IMG/VR virus record: IMGVR_UViG_3300011006_000550
Source of the DNA: an uncultured virus (IMG/VR IMGVR_UViG_3300011006_000550)
Taxonomy: Duplodnaviria; Heunggongvirae; Uroviricota; Caudoviricetes
Length of the DNA: 64,000 nt
Direction: 5' to 3' (one strand)
The notes beneath the pieces were generated by a model that saw nothing but the letters and a program-made list of their open reading frames with translations, had not been told where the DNA came from and made no database searches. Position numbers and translations under genes: made by a program. Position 1 is the first letter of the stretch, and each line of letters opens with the position of its first letter. This document shows positions 55,864 through 64,000 of this stretch, in pieces.

Positions 55864-56151
55864 TTAATATTTCTTGAAAAGGAAACTCCTAAACTCAACA
55901 TCCTTCATGTTTGTGAGATCCGAAATGAGGAATGCCTGACCTATCAACAGAAAGATGTTGATACCAGGCACAAACGCTAATGGAAATGTTACGATGAGTT
56001 TCCACAGCGGGAACTTCACCTTATCGCCCTTATTCCAAGTACCATCCCAGCTTTTGTTATCTTTCGTATGATAGGAACGGAAGAAGATCACCCACCACAG
56101 ATACAATGTGATGAAGATAATCAGATAGTAGAACAGAATGGCCCAGATCAT
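55864..56151 (-). CDS. membrane protein (2 TM)
   Basis: two hydrophobic segments. Confidence 0.65.
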   Translation of the reverse strand: MIWAILFYYLIIFITLYLWWVIFFRSYHTKDNKSWDGTWNKGDKVKFPLWKLIVTFPLAFVPGINIFLLIGQAFLISDLTNMKDVEFRSFLFKKY

Positions 56152-56978
56152 TTCCCAATCACTTTTGAAACGTCAAGAATCTGGCCGTTGCCTCCCATGA
56201 TGACAGGCACCTTGCCATCCCATTTCTCAATGAAGTCCTCTTGGATGATCATCGGACTCAGAGAAGCCGCAATAGTCCTATTATAGTAAGCCTCAGCATC
56301 GGCCTTGATCTTCATGGCCTTAGCATTACCCTCTGCCTTTGCAACGGCAATCTTCGCGTTAGCCTCAGCCTCCTTTACCTCGTTCTCAGCCTTCAAGGCA
56401 CTCTGAATGGCAGCGTTCTTGGCATCGATCATAGATGTCAGAGACGCAGGAGGCGTGATCTTACTTGTGAACTCCTCAACGATGAAGCCCTCAGCCATCA
56501 GCGATTTCTCAAGACGTGCCCTAACGTCTCTCTCGAAGTTCGCACGGTTAGACATGAGTGAGTCAGACGTATAGCTGTTGGCGCACGTTCTGTATGCCTC
56601 GTAGATACAGGTCTTGATGTACCCGTCTTCAAGCTCCTTGATGTCAACACGGTATTTCACGTAGATGTCGCAAGCCTTCTCGGGATTGATACGATAAGCA
56701 ATGGTAGGATCCATTTCAAACAGAGAGGCATCCTTGGCATTCACCTTGATAGTCTCATACTGCTTGCGCTGAGTGAATGTAGGATAGGTGAACACGGACG
56801 TTGAAAACGGGTTATAGAACACCCAGCCCTTACATGTTCCCTCAACAGCTCCGTAGTCCTGAGTGTCAGAACTCCACTTGTGGAACTTAACACCAACCTC
56901 ACCACCGTCAACGACGGTACACGATGTGAAACTCAATGAGGCGACAACCGCCATCATCATAAAAATCAATTTCTTCAT
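56148..56978 (-). CDS. SPFH/band 7 (prohibitin-like) lipoprotein
   Basis: SFTSC lipobox, VDGGEVGVK, AEANAKIAVAKAEGNA coiled coil, IEKWDG. Confidence 0.88.
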   Translation of the reverse strand: MKKLIFMMMAVVASLSFTSCTVVDGGEVGVKFHKWSSDTQDYGAVEGTCKGWVFYNPFSTSVFTYPTFTQRKQYETIKVNAKDASLFEMDPTIAYRINPEKACDIYVKYRVDIKELEDGYIKTCIYEAYRTCANSYTSDSLMSNRANFERDVRARLEKSLMAEGFIVEEFTSKITPPASLTSMIDAKNAAIQSALKAENEVKEAEANAKIAVAKAEGNAKAMKIKADAEAYYNRTIAASLSPMIIQEDFIEKWDGKVPVIMGGNGQILDVSKVIGK

Positions 56979-57011
56979 GTTTTTAAATTTTAATTAGTAA
57001 ATATGGTATAA

Positions 57012-57743
57012 TCACCAGTTGAAAACTCTCGCCCAGAAACCACGATTGTTAAGACGCTCTACTTCATCCTTGCCCTCCTGCCATCCAGTCTCGGCAATGC
57101 TGAGCTTATCTCTCAGACGCTTAAGTTCATCCTCCATCAGCTTGTTTGACTGATTCAACGTGGTATTCTTCTCACGCAGATCACGATTGTCACCCTCCAG
57201 ACGCTTCAACTCGGCAGCATACTTCTCGTTGCAAGCCTTCACGTCAGACAGATGATCTTTCAGCTCCACCTTCTCCTTGCAAATCTGGTCGTTGACTTCA
57301 TCAAGAAGACGAACCTTTGCCTCCAAGACACGCACCTGAGAAAGTGTAGGACGTACACGCTTCTTTACCACCTTGAACGGCAGAGGACCCTTGGTGTTCT
57401 TACGAGCCTGAACATTCTCCGTCTCTATACCCTTATAGTTCTCATCCGCCTTGATGGTACATGTCTTTGCATCATACACAAGACCATTGGCCTTTAACGT
57501 ATCGAAGAAAATCTTCTTCTCCTTCTCGGTAGCATGACGCGCAAAACGCATATCAGTACCCGAAGGAGCATCCGATTCACAATACATCGTCAGACCACAG
57601 TAGAACACACCTTCACTACCCTCTGGCACGGTACTACCAGAAAAACGCTCTCCAGTCAGAATACGGATATTACCATAACCGCTGACAATCACATCACCTT
57701 TCTTGAAAATCCTGTCTTTGCCTATCATAAGTCGGCCCTCCAC
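57012..57743 (-). CDS. coiled-coil hypothetical protein
   Basis: long heptads ending RGFWARVFNW. Confidence 0.7.
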   Translation of the reverse strand: MEGRLMIGKDRIFKKGDVIVSGYGNIRILTGERFSGSTVPEGSEGVFYCGLTMYCESDAPSGTDMRFARHATEKEKKIFFDTLKANGLVYDAKTCTIKADENYKGIETENVQARKNTKGPLPFKVVKKRVRPTLSQVRVLEAKVRLLDEVNDQICKEKVELKDHLSDVKACNEKYAAELKRLEGDNRDLREKNTTLNQSNKLMEDELKRLRDKLSIAETGWQEGKDEVERLNNRGFWARVFNW

Positions 57744-57946
57744 ATTTTATTTTTAACTTCTTCGTAATCTTCTACCACGTCTATGCTATGGCCACTGTAT
57801 TCAATAGTGGTGAAGCGAGGCTTAACGCCCCAGGACAGATGAGTCTCTGGATTAGCATAGACCGCTTCAATAGAGTCAGTCCTGATCGACAGCTTTTCAC
57901 CATCGCTCAGAGCAGTCACTTCAATGAATCCCGCCAGATCAACCAT
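57725..57946 (-). CDS. small hypothetical protein
   Basis: 73 aa; IEAV...T.IEY...IDVVEDYEEV pattern. Confidence 0.6.
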   Translation of the reverse strand: MVDLAGFIEVTALSDGEKLSIRTDSIEAVYANPETHLSWGVKPRFTTIEYSGHSIDVVEDYEEVKNKMWRADL

Positions 57947-58574
57947 TCTTCAATAACTCAATGGCTTTCTCCAGAGCCTCATTGACCACATCAGCACGCA
58001 GACAACGCTCGAACTTACGGCCCTTAGCCACCTTCTCACGCTCTGCCCTGTAACTCTCCAGCAGCTTGATACAACGCTCCTTCGTCATCTTCGACTCAGG
58101 CACAAGAGTATCTATGTGCAAAGGAGCAACACGCATGAAGTCACGCACTCGAAGATCATCAACGGCCATACGAATACCCTTCATGCAATCCGTCAGCTTC
58201 TTGCACGTTTCCTCAGAAATACCAAACTTGATGTCGATAGGATTAACATACCGCTTGCCGTCCATACCATACATACTACCGTCGGCAAACCTGAAATACA
58301 TGCCGGTACCAGTAGCAGTAATCTCTACCTGATGCGATACCTTGATCCTGTTTAGATACGTGTCTTCCACCTCATGAAGCATACACTCAGGAAAACACAG
58401 AATGAAATCCTCGCCCTTATAGCGAACGTAAACCTCATAACCGTAACCAAGGAACTTCTCGATCCTTCCTACAGCATGAGTCAGATTCAATACAACTAAC
58501 TTGTCAGGCATCTGAACCTTAGCCTCGTCTGCATTGAAACCGCAAAGATCACCTTTCCTAAATTTCGGGTCCAT
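57939..58574 (-). CDS. hypothetical protein
   Basis: 211 aa, first gene of the leftward block; TATCTTTG box on the minus strand at 58757-58764. Confidence 0.7.
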   Translation of the reverse strand: MDPKFRKGDLCGFNADEAKVQMPDKLVVLNLTHAVGRIEKFLGYGYEVYVRYKGEDFILCFPECMLHEVEDTYLNRIKVSHQVEITATGTGMYFRFADGSMYGMDGKRYVNPIDIKFGISEETCKKLTDCMKGIRMAVDDLRVRDFMRVAPLHIDTLVPESKMTKERCIKLLESYRAEREKVAKGRKFERCLRADVVNEALEKAIELLKNG

Positions 58575-59540
58575 CTTTGGTTAGTGAACGAACTTGAACG
58601 ATATTTATAGACCTTTTCAGAACTTCTGTCACCAGTAAACCCCTGATAACCAGCAAATTCCGCCACACAAAACAACGAAATTCACGATTTCTGGATTTCC
58701 TGGCCCCAAGACGTTACAATCTATAGTACCTATCTATATCTAACCAAATTGCGATGCAAAGATACAACTTTTCATTAATATCATTCACTATTTATACAAA
58801 AAGTGCATATTTATTAGGATTTTTTAATGAACGATATTTTTTCTACACTCTGAGATCGTTAAGAATGATGAACGATTTCGTGACATCTGACGAATTGTTA
58901 AAACGGCCCAAAAATTCAGGAAAAAAATAATTTTGAGGCGACCGCCGCCACAAATCTCGTGCCAAAAAAGGGGGTGTAGGGGGTATTTTAAGGGTATTAA
59001 AGAGTATTTAACACTCTCTGCAAAAATTCATTAAAATTTGCTGAAATAGCCCTATTTTACACATATTTAACACTATTCCCGATATTATACCTAATAATGT
59101 AGGCTGGTTATTTAATATTTTTTAACTTTATTTCTTTGGTTTAACAAATTTTTAGGATTCGCGCCACCATGTCATGGTAATTTATTTTTACGCCACATTG
59201 TCATAAGATTTTTCTTTACATTATGATTGATTTATATCAAGTATGATTATACATTTATGCAATAACCTTCTGGAAACGCCTTTAAACAGGGGATTTCATA
59301 AAATTGAATATGCAATAATTTTGCGTTCCGAAATAAAGATTCTTTACACTTGAAATGTCAATATTTAATCATTATTTAACCTATAATAACATTGTCGGAT
59401 TGTGCGCCCACACATCACGATTTTGTAAACATAATTTAACTAACATGGTCGTAACATTAAGTAATATTTAGTTGTGTGCCTACACAGGCCCTTTGGGAAT
59501 GCCTTTGTACAGGGCATTATTTTGTAAATATATTTCACTA

Positions 59541-59571
59541 TTGCAAGTATGGAATTTATTTCGTAACTTTG
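59541..59571 (+). promoter_or_regulatory. Bacteroidetes sigma-A-type promoter
   Basis: TTGC (59541) then 19 bp then TAACTTTG (59564-59571). Confidence 0.65.
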
Positions 59572-59653
59572 TACTATAAGAAATGAATATTTAACCACTG
59601 CCAAACGGGGAAACGCAGCGCACCACAAAGGAGCGGAACAGCCCGAAAGATTT

Positions 59654-60268
59654 ATGTGTACATTAAACGAGACCTTAAAGAAGGTAGGAGAAAACGCCAA
59701 AGGTAGTGTCAAGGTAGAGAAAATGAAGGCCGAAATTGCCAAGGTTGCAGCCAGGTATTACGCACCTTATCGCCACGCTCTTATTAGTGAGTTGTTCAAG
59801 GGTGCCAGTGAGGACGAACTTAAGGCAGAACTTGCAGCCTTTGACGCTGACACCAAGAACGGCACACAGTTAGTTATCATCGCAGCCGACACCAAGGTGA
59901 ACGCAAACGGACAACTCACAGATGATGAGGGGAACATTCTCGAAAATGCAGTATCTTTCGCCACCGTGATTTCTACCAACAAAGACGGTGAAATCACAAA
60001 GGAGCGTCAAGTGTTCCGTGTTCCCTACATCGCAGACACCGACCAGCGTAACAACCGTATTGTTGCCTACTGGGTGCGTTTCCGTGAGACGCGCGAGGAG
60101 TCATTTGCTGCAGCCCGTGCCGCCAAGGTTGACTCTATTAAGAAGGAGTTGCAGCCGTTGTCCGTTCAGGTTGAAACATTCACCAAGTACAACGTGCCCG
60201 TACCCGCTGAACTTTCAGAGAAGGTGGATGCTCTCAAGGCTGAACTTTCAAAACTGGGTGCGGAATAA
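59654..60268 (+). CDS. hypothetical protein, probably highly expressed early gene
   Basis: 204 aa, strong codon bias, own promoter and terminator. Confidence 0.8.
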   Translation: MCTLNETLKKVGENAKGSVKVEKMKAEIAKVAARYYAPYRHALISELFKGASEDELKAELAAFDADTKNGTQLVIIAADTKVNANGQLTDDEGNILENAVSFATVISTNKDGEITKERQVFRVPYIADTDQRNNRIVAYWVRFRETREESFAAARAAKVDSIKKELQPLSVQVETFTKYNVPVPAELSEKVDALKAELSKLGAE

Positions 60269-60295
60269 ACGCAGACGGAAACAGACGGAAAAGAC

Positions 60296-60326
60296 GAAGG
60301 TAGGGAAATTCCTACCTTCTCTTTTT
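60296..60326 (+). terminator. intrinsic terminator
   Basis: GAAGGTAGG-gaaatt-CCTACCTTC-tcTTTTT. Confidence 0.75.
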
Positions 60327-60353
60327 GTGCCCTGTCTTTCCAGGCCCTAAGAA

Positions 60354-60413
60354 ATCCCCTGACGAGTCTTTGAGAATTAAGACGAAACCACAGATCTGTT
60401 CTGTGGTCGGGAT
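60354..60413 (+). ncRNA. hammerhead ribozyme (type I topology)
   Basis: ATCCC-CTGACGA-GTCTT-tgagaatt-AAGAC-GAAA-CCACAGA-tctgt-TCTGTGG-TC-GGGAT: full core, three perfect stems, GUC site. Confidence 0.9.
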
Positions 60414-60470
60414 AATCCTTTTGTGTTTTTCCTCAGTGTATTGTCCGGCTGAGCGAACGGACTGAACGAT

Positions 60471-60839
60471 TTGAACGAACGAACGATGAATAAGAGTGAA
60501 CGATTGATGAACGAGCGAATGATGTTTGTCACAAGACGTGGCCAGTCTGCTGAGATTCAGAGAAAGAACTGGCTGAGAAGACTTAGAACAAAGAGGTCTG
60601 CCGATCCCGAAGGATGGGTGACTGCAAAATTTGTTGGTCAGATGGGATTTACAAACTTTAATTTTTGTGCACATTCATGGAGAGCTATCAAGATGGAAGC
60701 CAAAATTATCGCTTCACTTCAACATGAGCCTATCGAAGTTTTGGATGCAAATACACTGATTCCATTATTCATATGTCTTCCTTGCTTTGATTCGCGTGAA
60801 GATATTATTTCATACACAGAACGTGCATTTCAGAATTAA
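60471..60839 (+). CDS. hypothetical protein (true start probably MMFVTRR)
   Basis: ORF between ribozyme and structured region; its first codons derive from GAACGA repeats. Confidence 0.5.
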   Translation: MNERTMNKSERLMNERMMFVTRRGQSAEIQRKNWLRRLRTKRSADPEGWVTAKFVGQMGFTNFNFCAHSWRAIKMEAKIIASLQHEPIEVLDANTLIPLFICLPCFDSREDIISYTERAFQN

Positions 60840-61500
60840 GTACGATAACACAGAGCACAGGCGCAAGCCTGTAATGTGGCTCACCTCATGGTGAACGGTT
60901 GCAAGCCCGTGCAAACAACATTCAAACGGTGAAAATGTAACGTGGAGGGGCGCAAGCCATAGCCACTACCGCACAGAGAAACCGAGCGACAACGAGCGTT
61001 TTGAACGACTTCCAGCTAATTACTTGATTTTTGTCGCCAGTGGGAGTATTGCAGCCGACCGGCGGGGTGAAACTAAAGTCCCGCAAGCCCCGCAAGGGAC
61101 GAGTGACTGTTACAAATCATATTCTTAGATTATTTCTCCCGTGAGGGAGTACGATAATAACGGATAGCTACTGTCCGAGAGCGACTTGAGCAATCAAGTA
61201 CGATGAACGAGTGAGTTTATCGTGGTGGTTCCCGCCAAGAGTACGAAAGCACATTTAATCACTTTAGGATGCTACGCAGTATGCAGGGCTTTGATGGTCA
61301 GGCAGCTGGCAATGAAAGACATTAAGGGTGCAAGACCCATAGCATAAAGAACGGTTTGACAGTACGATTCATAAAACTGCCACACGGAACGGTTGCAAGT
61401 AAAGAGGCCCGAAAGGGGACTTGCAGGAGAGAACGAGTACGATAACAAAAACGAAGTTCCGGAGACTACGGGAGAGAGCAGGGAAACCTGCTCTCTCTTA
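60840..61500 (+). ncRNA. putative large structured non-coding RNA or RNA cluster
   Basis: no credible ORF; many GNRA-capped hairpins on the + strand; repeated AGTACGAT. Confidence 0.6.
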
Positions 61501-61529
61501 CTTTCAACCAATTAAAAACAAGTACGATT

Positions 61530-61739
61530 ATGATTAAGAGAATTGCTTTGCATCTTATCGCCCTGGTGGTACTGATGCCGTGTATGTTGGTGTTTAATAT
61601 CAGCGAGAAGTTATGGGTAAATATCCTTGGACTGATTTATTGTTGCTATTTGTACATCATCCTGAACGAGAGCGATGCAGCCAAGCGTTTTGTTCGTCGT
61701 TACTACCATGAGATCCTCCGTTTGCAGAACATGTTGTAG
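61530..61739 (+). CDS. small membrane protein
   Basis: two hydrophobic segments; ends TAG. Confidence 0.65.
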   Translation: MIKRIALHLIALVVLMPCMLVFNISEKLWVNILGLIYCCYLYIILNESDAAKRFVRRYYHEILRLQNML

Positions 61740-61796
61740 TTTCTCTGATTTTTGTGGCAGAAGGCTGCAAAAATCGCTCACTTTCAACCACTAAAA

Positions 61797-61904
61797 ATGA
61801 ACAATATGTATTACGTAGAGATTGACAACGGAGAGAGATTCTATTTTGGCGACGATTTCAACGCTGCCGCAGTGTTCAACCATGCCGTGAATGACAGGCA
61901 TTAG
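61797..61904 (+). CDS. 35-aa peptide (not in the ORF track)
   Basis: MNNMYYVEIDNGERFYFGDDFNAAAVFNHAVNDRH; stop lies in the conserved intergenic element. Confidence 0.55.
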   Translation: MNNMYYVEIDNGERFYFGDDFNAAAVFNHAVNDRH

Positions 61905-61954
61905 TCTTCTTTCGGCCATTGTATGGCCGAGCTATTAACCAAAGTACGATTATT

Positions 61955-62158
61955 ATGACAGACAGAAAATTTGAGCATCTTACTGATGTGGTTGATTTCT
62001 TCAGTTGGAAGCAGTTCGACGAGAAAGAGAGGTTTTCTTTGAGTGAGGACCAGCGAAGACAGCTTACCGAGGTACGCGACGAACTCGAAGACTATTCGAG
62101 GTCTGGCGATGCGGTTGCAGATCTTTGGCTTGAATGTGCGAACGAGTTGCTGAATTAG
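61955..62158 (+). CDS. small acidic hypothetical protein
   Basis: start MTDRKF just after the element; ends TAG. Confidence 0.65.
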   Translation: MTDRKFEHLTDVVDFFSWKQFDEKERFSLSEDQRRQLTEVRDELEDYSRSGDAVADLWLECANELLN

Positions 62159-62204
62159 TCTCTTGGAGCCTGTTGGCTCCGCTTATAACCAAAACTTACA
62201 TGAT

Positions 62205-62465
62205 ATGAAAAGAAATGCTTTACTTAGGACGAGTGCTATCTTCAAGTGTATTGTCACATTCAAGAACGGCACTCACGCAGTTATCAGAATGACCATTGAC
62301 ATGGTAGCGAAAATCACGTATGAGTTCAGGGAGTTTCAGCGTAACATCTTCTCAGAGACATGGCTTCTCTGGGTGAGCGCAACGGAGATTCTTAACATCA
62401 CAGAGATTCGTTCTTGCAAGTTCATCAACGAAAACACTGGTGTTGAGTTCCTTACGATTGATTAG
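62205..62465 (+). CDS. small hypothetical protein
   Basis: start MKRNALL just after the element; ends TAG. Confidence 0.65.
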   Translation: MKRNALLRTSAIFKCIVTFKNGTHAVIRMTIDMVAKITYEFREFQRNIFSETWLLWVSATEILNITEIRSCKFINENTGVEFLTID

Positions 62466-62514
62466 TCTTTTGGGAATCTTGCATGATTCCCGCTATTCAC
62501 CAATATTCAAGAGT

Positions 62515-62940
62515 ATGTTACAATCAGAGTTTTACGACAGGACGCACGTTACTCTCTCAGCAGAGCAGTACGGCGAGGTAGAGAACATCTACAACAGGTG
62601 TCAGATGGATAAGGACGAGTTCTGCAGGCTGTGGCTTGAGAATCGTGACAACAAAATCATCAAAGAACTGATGGACCACATCATGAACACCGAAAAGAAG
62701 TTGTATTTTGCAAAGGAAAAAGCTGCCAAATGCGACAAAGCGATTAATGACGAGCGCGAAAAATGTAAGGAGCACATTGAGAGCCTTGGGCGCAAGGTCG
62801 TTGCGAACATCGACGATGAAACAAAGTTATACGATGCCATTGAAGAGGAGTTCACGCTTGATTTCATCATCAAGGTCAAGTTGCAGGAAAACATGGATCT
62901 CGATCTGCACGAACGGCAGCACCTCATTGAGAAACTTTAG
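62515..62940 (+). CDS. hypothetical protein
   Basis: start MLQSEFYDRT...MDKDEFCRLW; ends TAG. Confidence 0.7.
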   Translation: MLQSEFYDRTHVTLSAEQYGEVENIYNRCQMDKDEFCRLWLENRDNKIIKELMDHIMNTEKKLYFAKEKAAKCDKAINDEREKCKEHIESLGRKVVANIDDETKLYDAIEEEFTLDFIIKVKLQENMDLDLHERQHLIEKL

Positions 62941-62984
62941 TCTTCGCAGCCGAACGGCTGCACTACAACCAAACTATCAGAATT

Positions 62985-63281
62985 ATGAAATATATGGCAA
63001 CGTTTGATGCTTGGAAGTTGGGAACTTTCGACATCATTTTGGAAAAGTACGATGCAGATTGCTGTTCTCACCCAGGCCCGTGTGACTTGGATTGTGAGCG
63101 AACGATTAATCTTGATTATGTCAAAGAACAACTCAAGGAAATCACCTCTGAGCAGATCCGTCAGGTCTTGATAGACTATGGCCTTGAAGATGCCGACGAG
63201 AAAGACCGCAAGCAACTTGAGACGTATATTGTCTGGCTTGCAGCGGGTGACATCATAGACGGGAACTGTACTGAATGTTAG
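62985..63281 (+). CDS. small acidic hypothetical protein
   Basis: CSHPGPCD...WLAAGDI; ends TAG. Confidence 0.7.
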   Translation: MKYMATFDAWKLGTFDIILEKYDADCCSHPGPCDLDCERTINLDYVKEQLKEITSEQIRQVLIDYGLEDADEKDRKQLETYIVWLAAGDIIDGNCTEC

Positions 63282-63343
63282 TCTCTATCGGGCAGTGCCC
63301 GACTATAAACCAATTTAACTTATTATTAGAGGAGATATAGTTT

Positions 63344-63796
63344 ATGAAAGAAACATTTTGCCCTTACTGTGGTTCTGAGAATATTACTATTCAGGCTACA
63401 GACCTTTTAGAGTGTAATGATTGTAAAGAGTTGTTTACTCATGAAGATGTAGAACATAATATTCTTCGTGATAAAATCAGCAGCATCTGCTCTGCTTTCG
63501 AGGCAACTGAGGATAATCCCATTAACTGTATCAGGGAGGATGCTATGGAACTCCACATAGAAGGCATTACAGAAGCAGCACAGGGACTTTCTGAATCAGA
63601 GAAGCCACAGGTAAGCACTGTTTTCCATGATCCGGAAGGAATCGTGTGGATTACCTTTTTAGAATATCCTTTTGGGGGGTCGCCTTGTAACAGTGAACCA
63701 ATGGAACTTGATAGTATTTCTATCAATGATTCTCTGAAAGAAATTCTGTCGTGGCTTGAAGAAAACCTGAGTGTCAACGCTCTTGGAAGATGTTAG
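63344..63796 (+). CDS. zinc-ribbon-containing acidic protein
   Basis: CPYCGS...ECNDC; ends TAG. Confidence 0.7.
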   Translation: MKETFCPYCGSENITIQATDLLECNDCKELFTHEDVEHNILRDKISSICSAFEATEDNPINCIREDAMELHIEGITEAAQGLSESEKPQVSTVFHDPEGIVWITFLEYPFGGSPCNSEPMELDSISINDSLKEILSWLEENLSVNALGRC

Positions 63797-63841
63797 TCTC
63801 TATCGGGCATTCGCCCGAACTATTCACCAATATTTTTGATT

Positions 63842-64000
63842 ATGGAATTTGTTCACACAGAAATCAAGGAGCATCCTCTACGAGATTGTTTAATGTTGTG
63901 GATTCCAGAGCTTCCTTTTGTGCCTCCTTTGTTTGGAACAAAGAAGGAATTAGAAGAAGCGAGAGTATTTGCAGAACAAAAAGCAGAGGATTATCTTAAA
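63842..64000 (+). CDS. hypothetical protein, runs off the window
   Basis: ATG after the last element; MEFVHTEIKEHPLRDCLMLWIPELP... open to the window end. Confidence 0.55.
   Translation, partial: MEFVHTEIKEHPLRDCLMLWIPELPFVPPLFGTKKELEEARVFAEQKAEDYLK

Larger units (their letters stand above)
61901..63830 (+). repeat. six copies of an intergenic element TTAGTCT-hairpin-CT..(A/C)ACCAA
   Basis: copies at 61901-61942, 62155-62192, 62462-62503, 62937-62972, 63278-63313, 63793-63830. Confidence 0.85.

Noticed and set aside
60450..61950. CRISPR array or mini-array
   Set aside because: Repeats are 6-8 bp with irregular spacing; no 25-45-bp direct repeats with uniform spacers were seen and no cas genes.
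61530..63796. TAG stop-codon reassignment or read-through in the small-gene array
   Set aside because: In the four cases checked, reading through TAG meets TAA/TGA within about 7-16 codons; long genes are intact in code 11; no CTA-anticodon tRNA found.
61901..63830. Integron attC sites
   Set aside because: Elements are about 36-42 bp, lack the RYYYAAC...GTTRRRY order, and no integron integrase is in the window.

Overview
The window is most of a long-tailed (siphovirus-like) phage or prophage genome from a Bacteroidales, probably Prevotella-like, host. The host is inferred from TAnnTTTG promoter boxes and Bacteroidetes-type proteins; no integrase is visible. Layout: a rightward early/recombination/replication arm (1-17.8 kb), a leftward lysis-tail-head arm (17.9-48.4 kb), rightward terminase-portal (48.6-52.5 kb), a leftward primase/HNH block (52.6-58.6 kb), and a rightward RNA-rich region with small genes (59.5-64 kb). 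Main system: a complete diversity-generating retroelement (RT, 183-bp template repeat, MutS-like accessory gene) with three targets. One target is the adjacent tail-fibre-like gene, whose variable repeat is an assembly gap. The other two are remote, opposite-strand genes in the early/replication arm; they differ from the template only at adenines. Each target is followed by the same two-stem hairpin with different but compensating stem sequences. A second theme is RNA: a canonical hammerhead ribozyme, a ~660-nt GNRA-rich putative ncRNA with repeated AGTACGAT, a conserved TAGTCT-hairpin-ACCAA element between consecutive small genes, and three tRNA-shaped RNAs with remodelled arms. All product calls come from reading motifs by eye; no database search was run.
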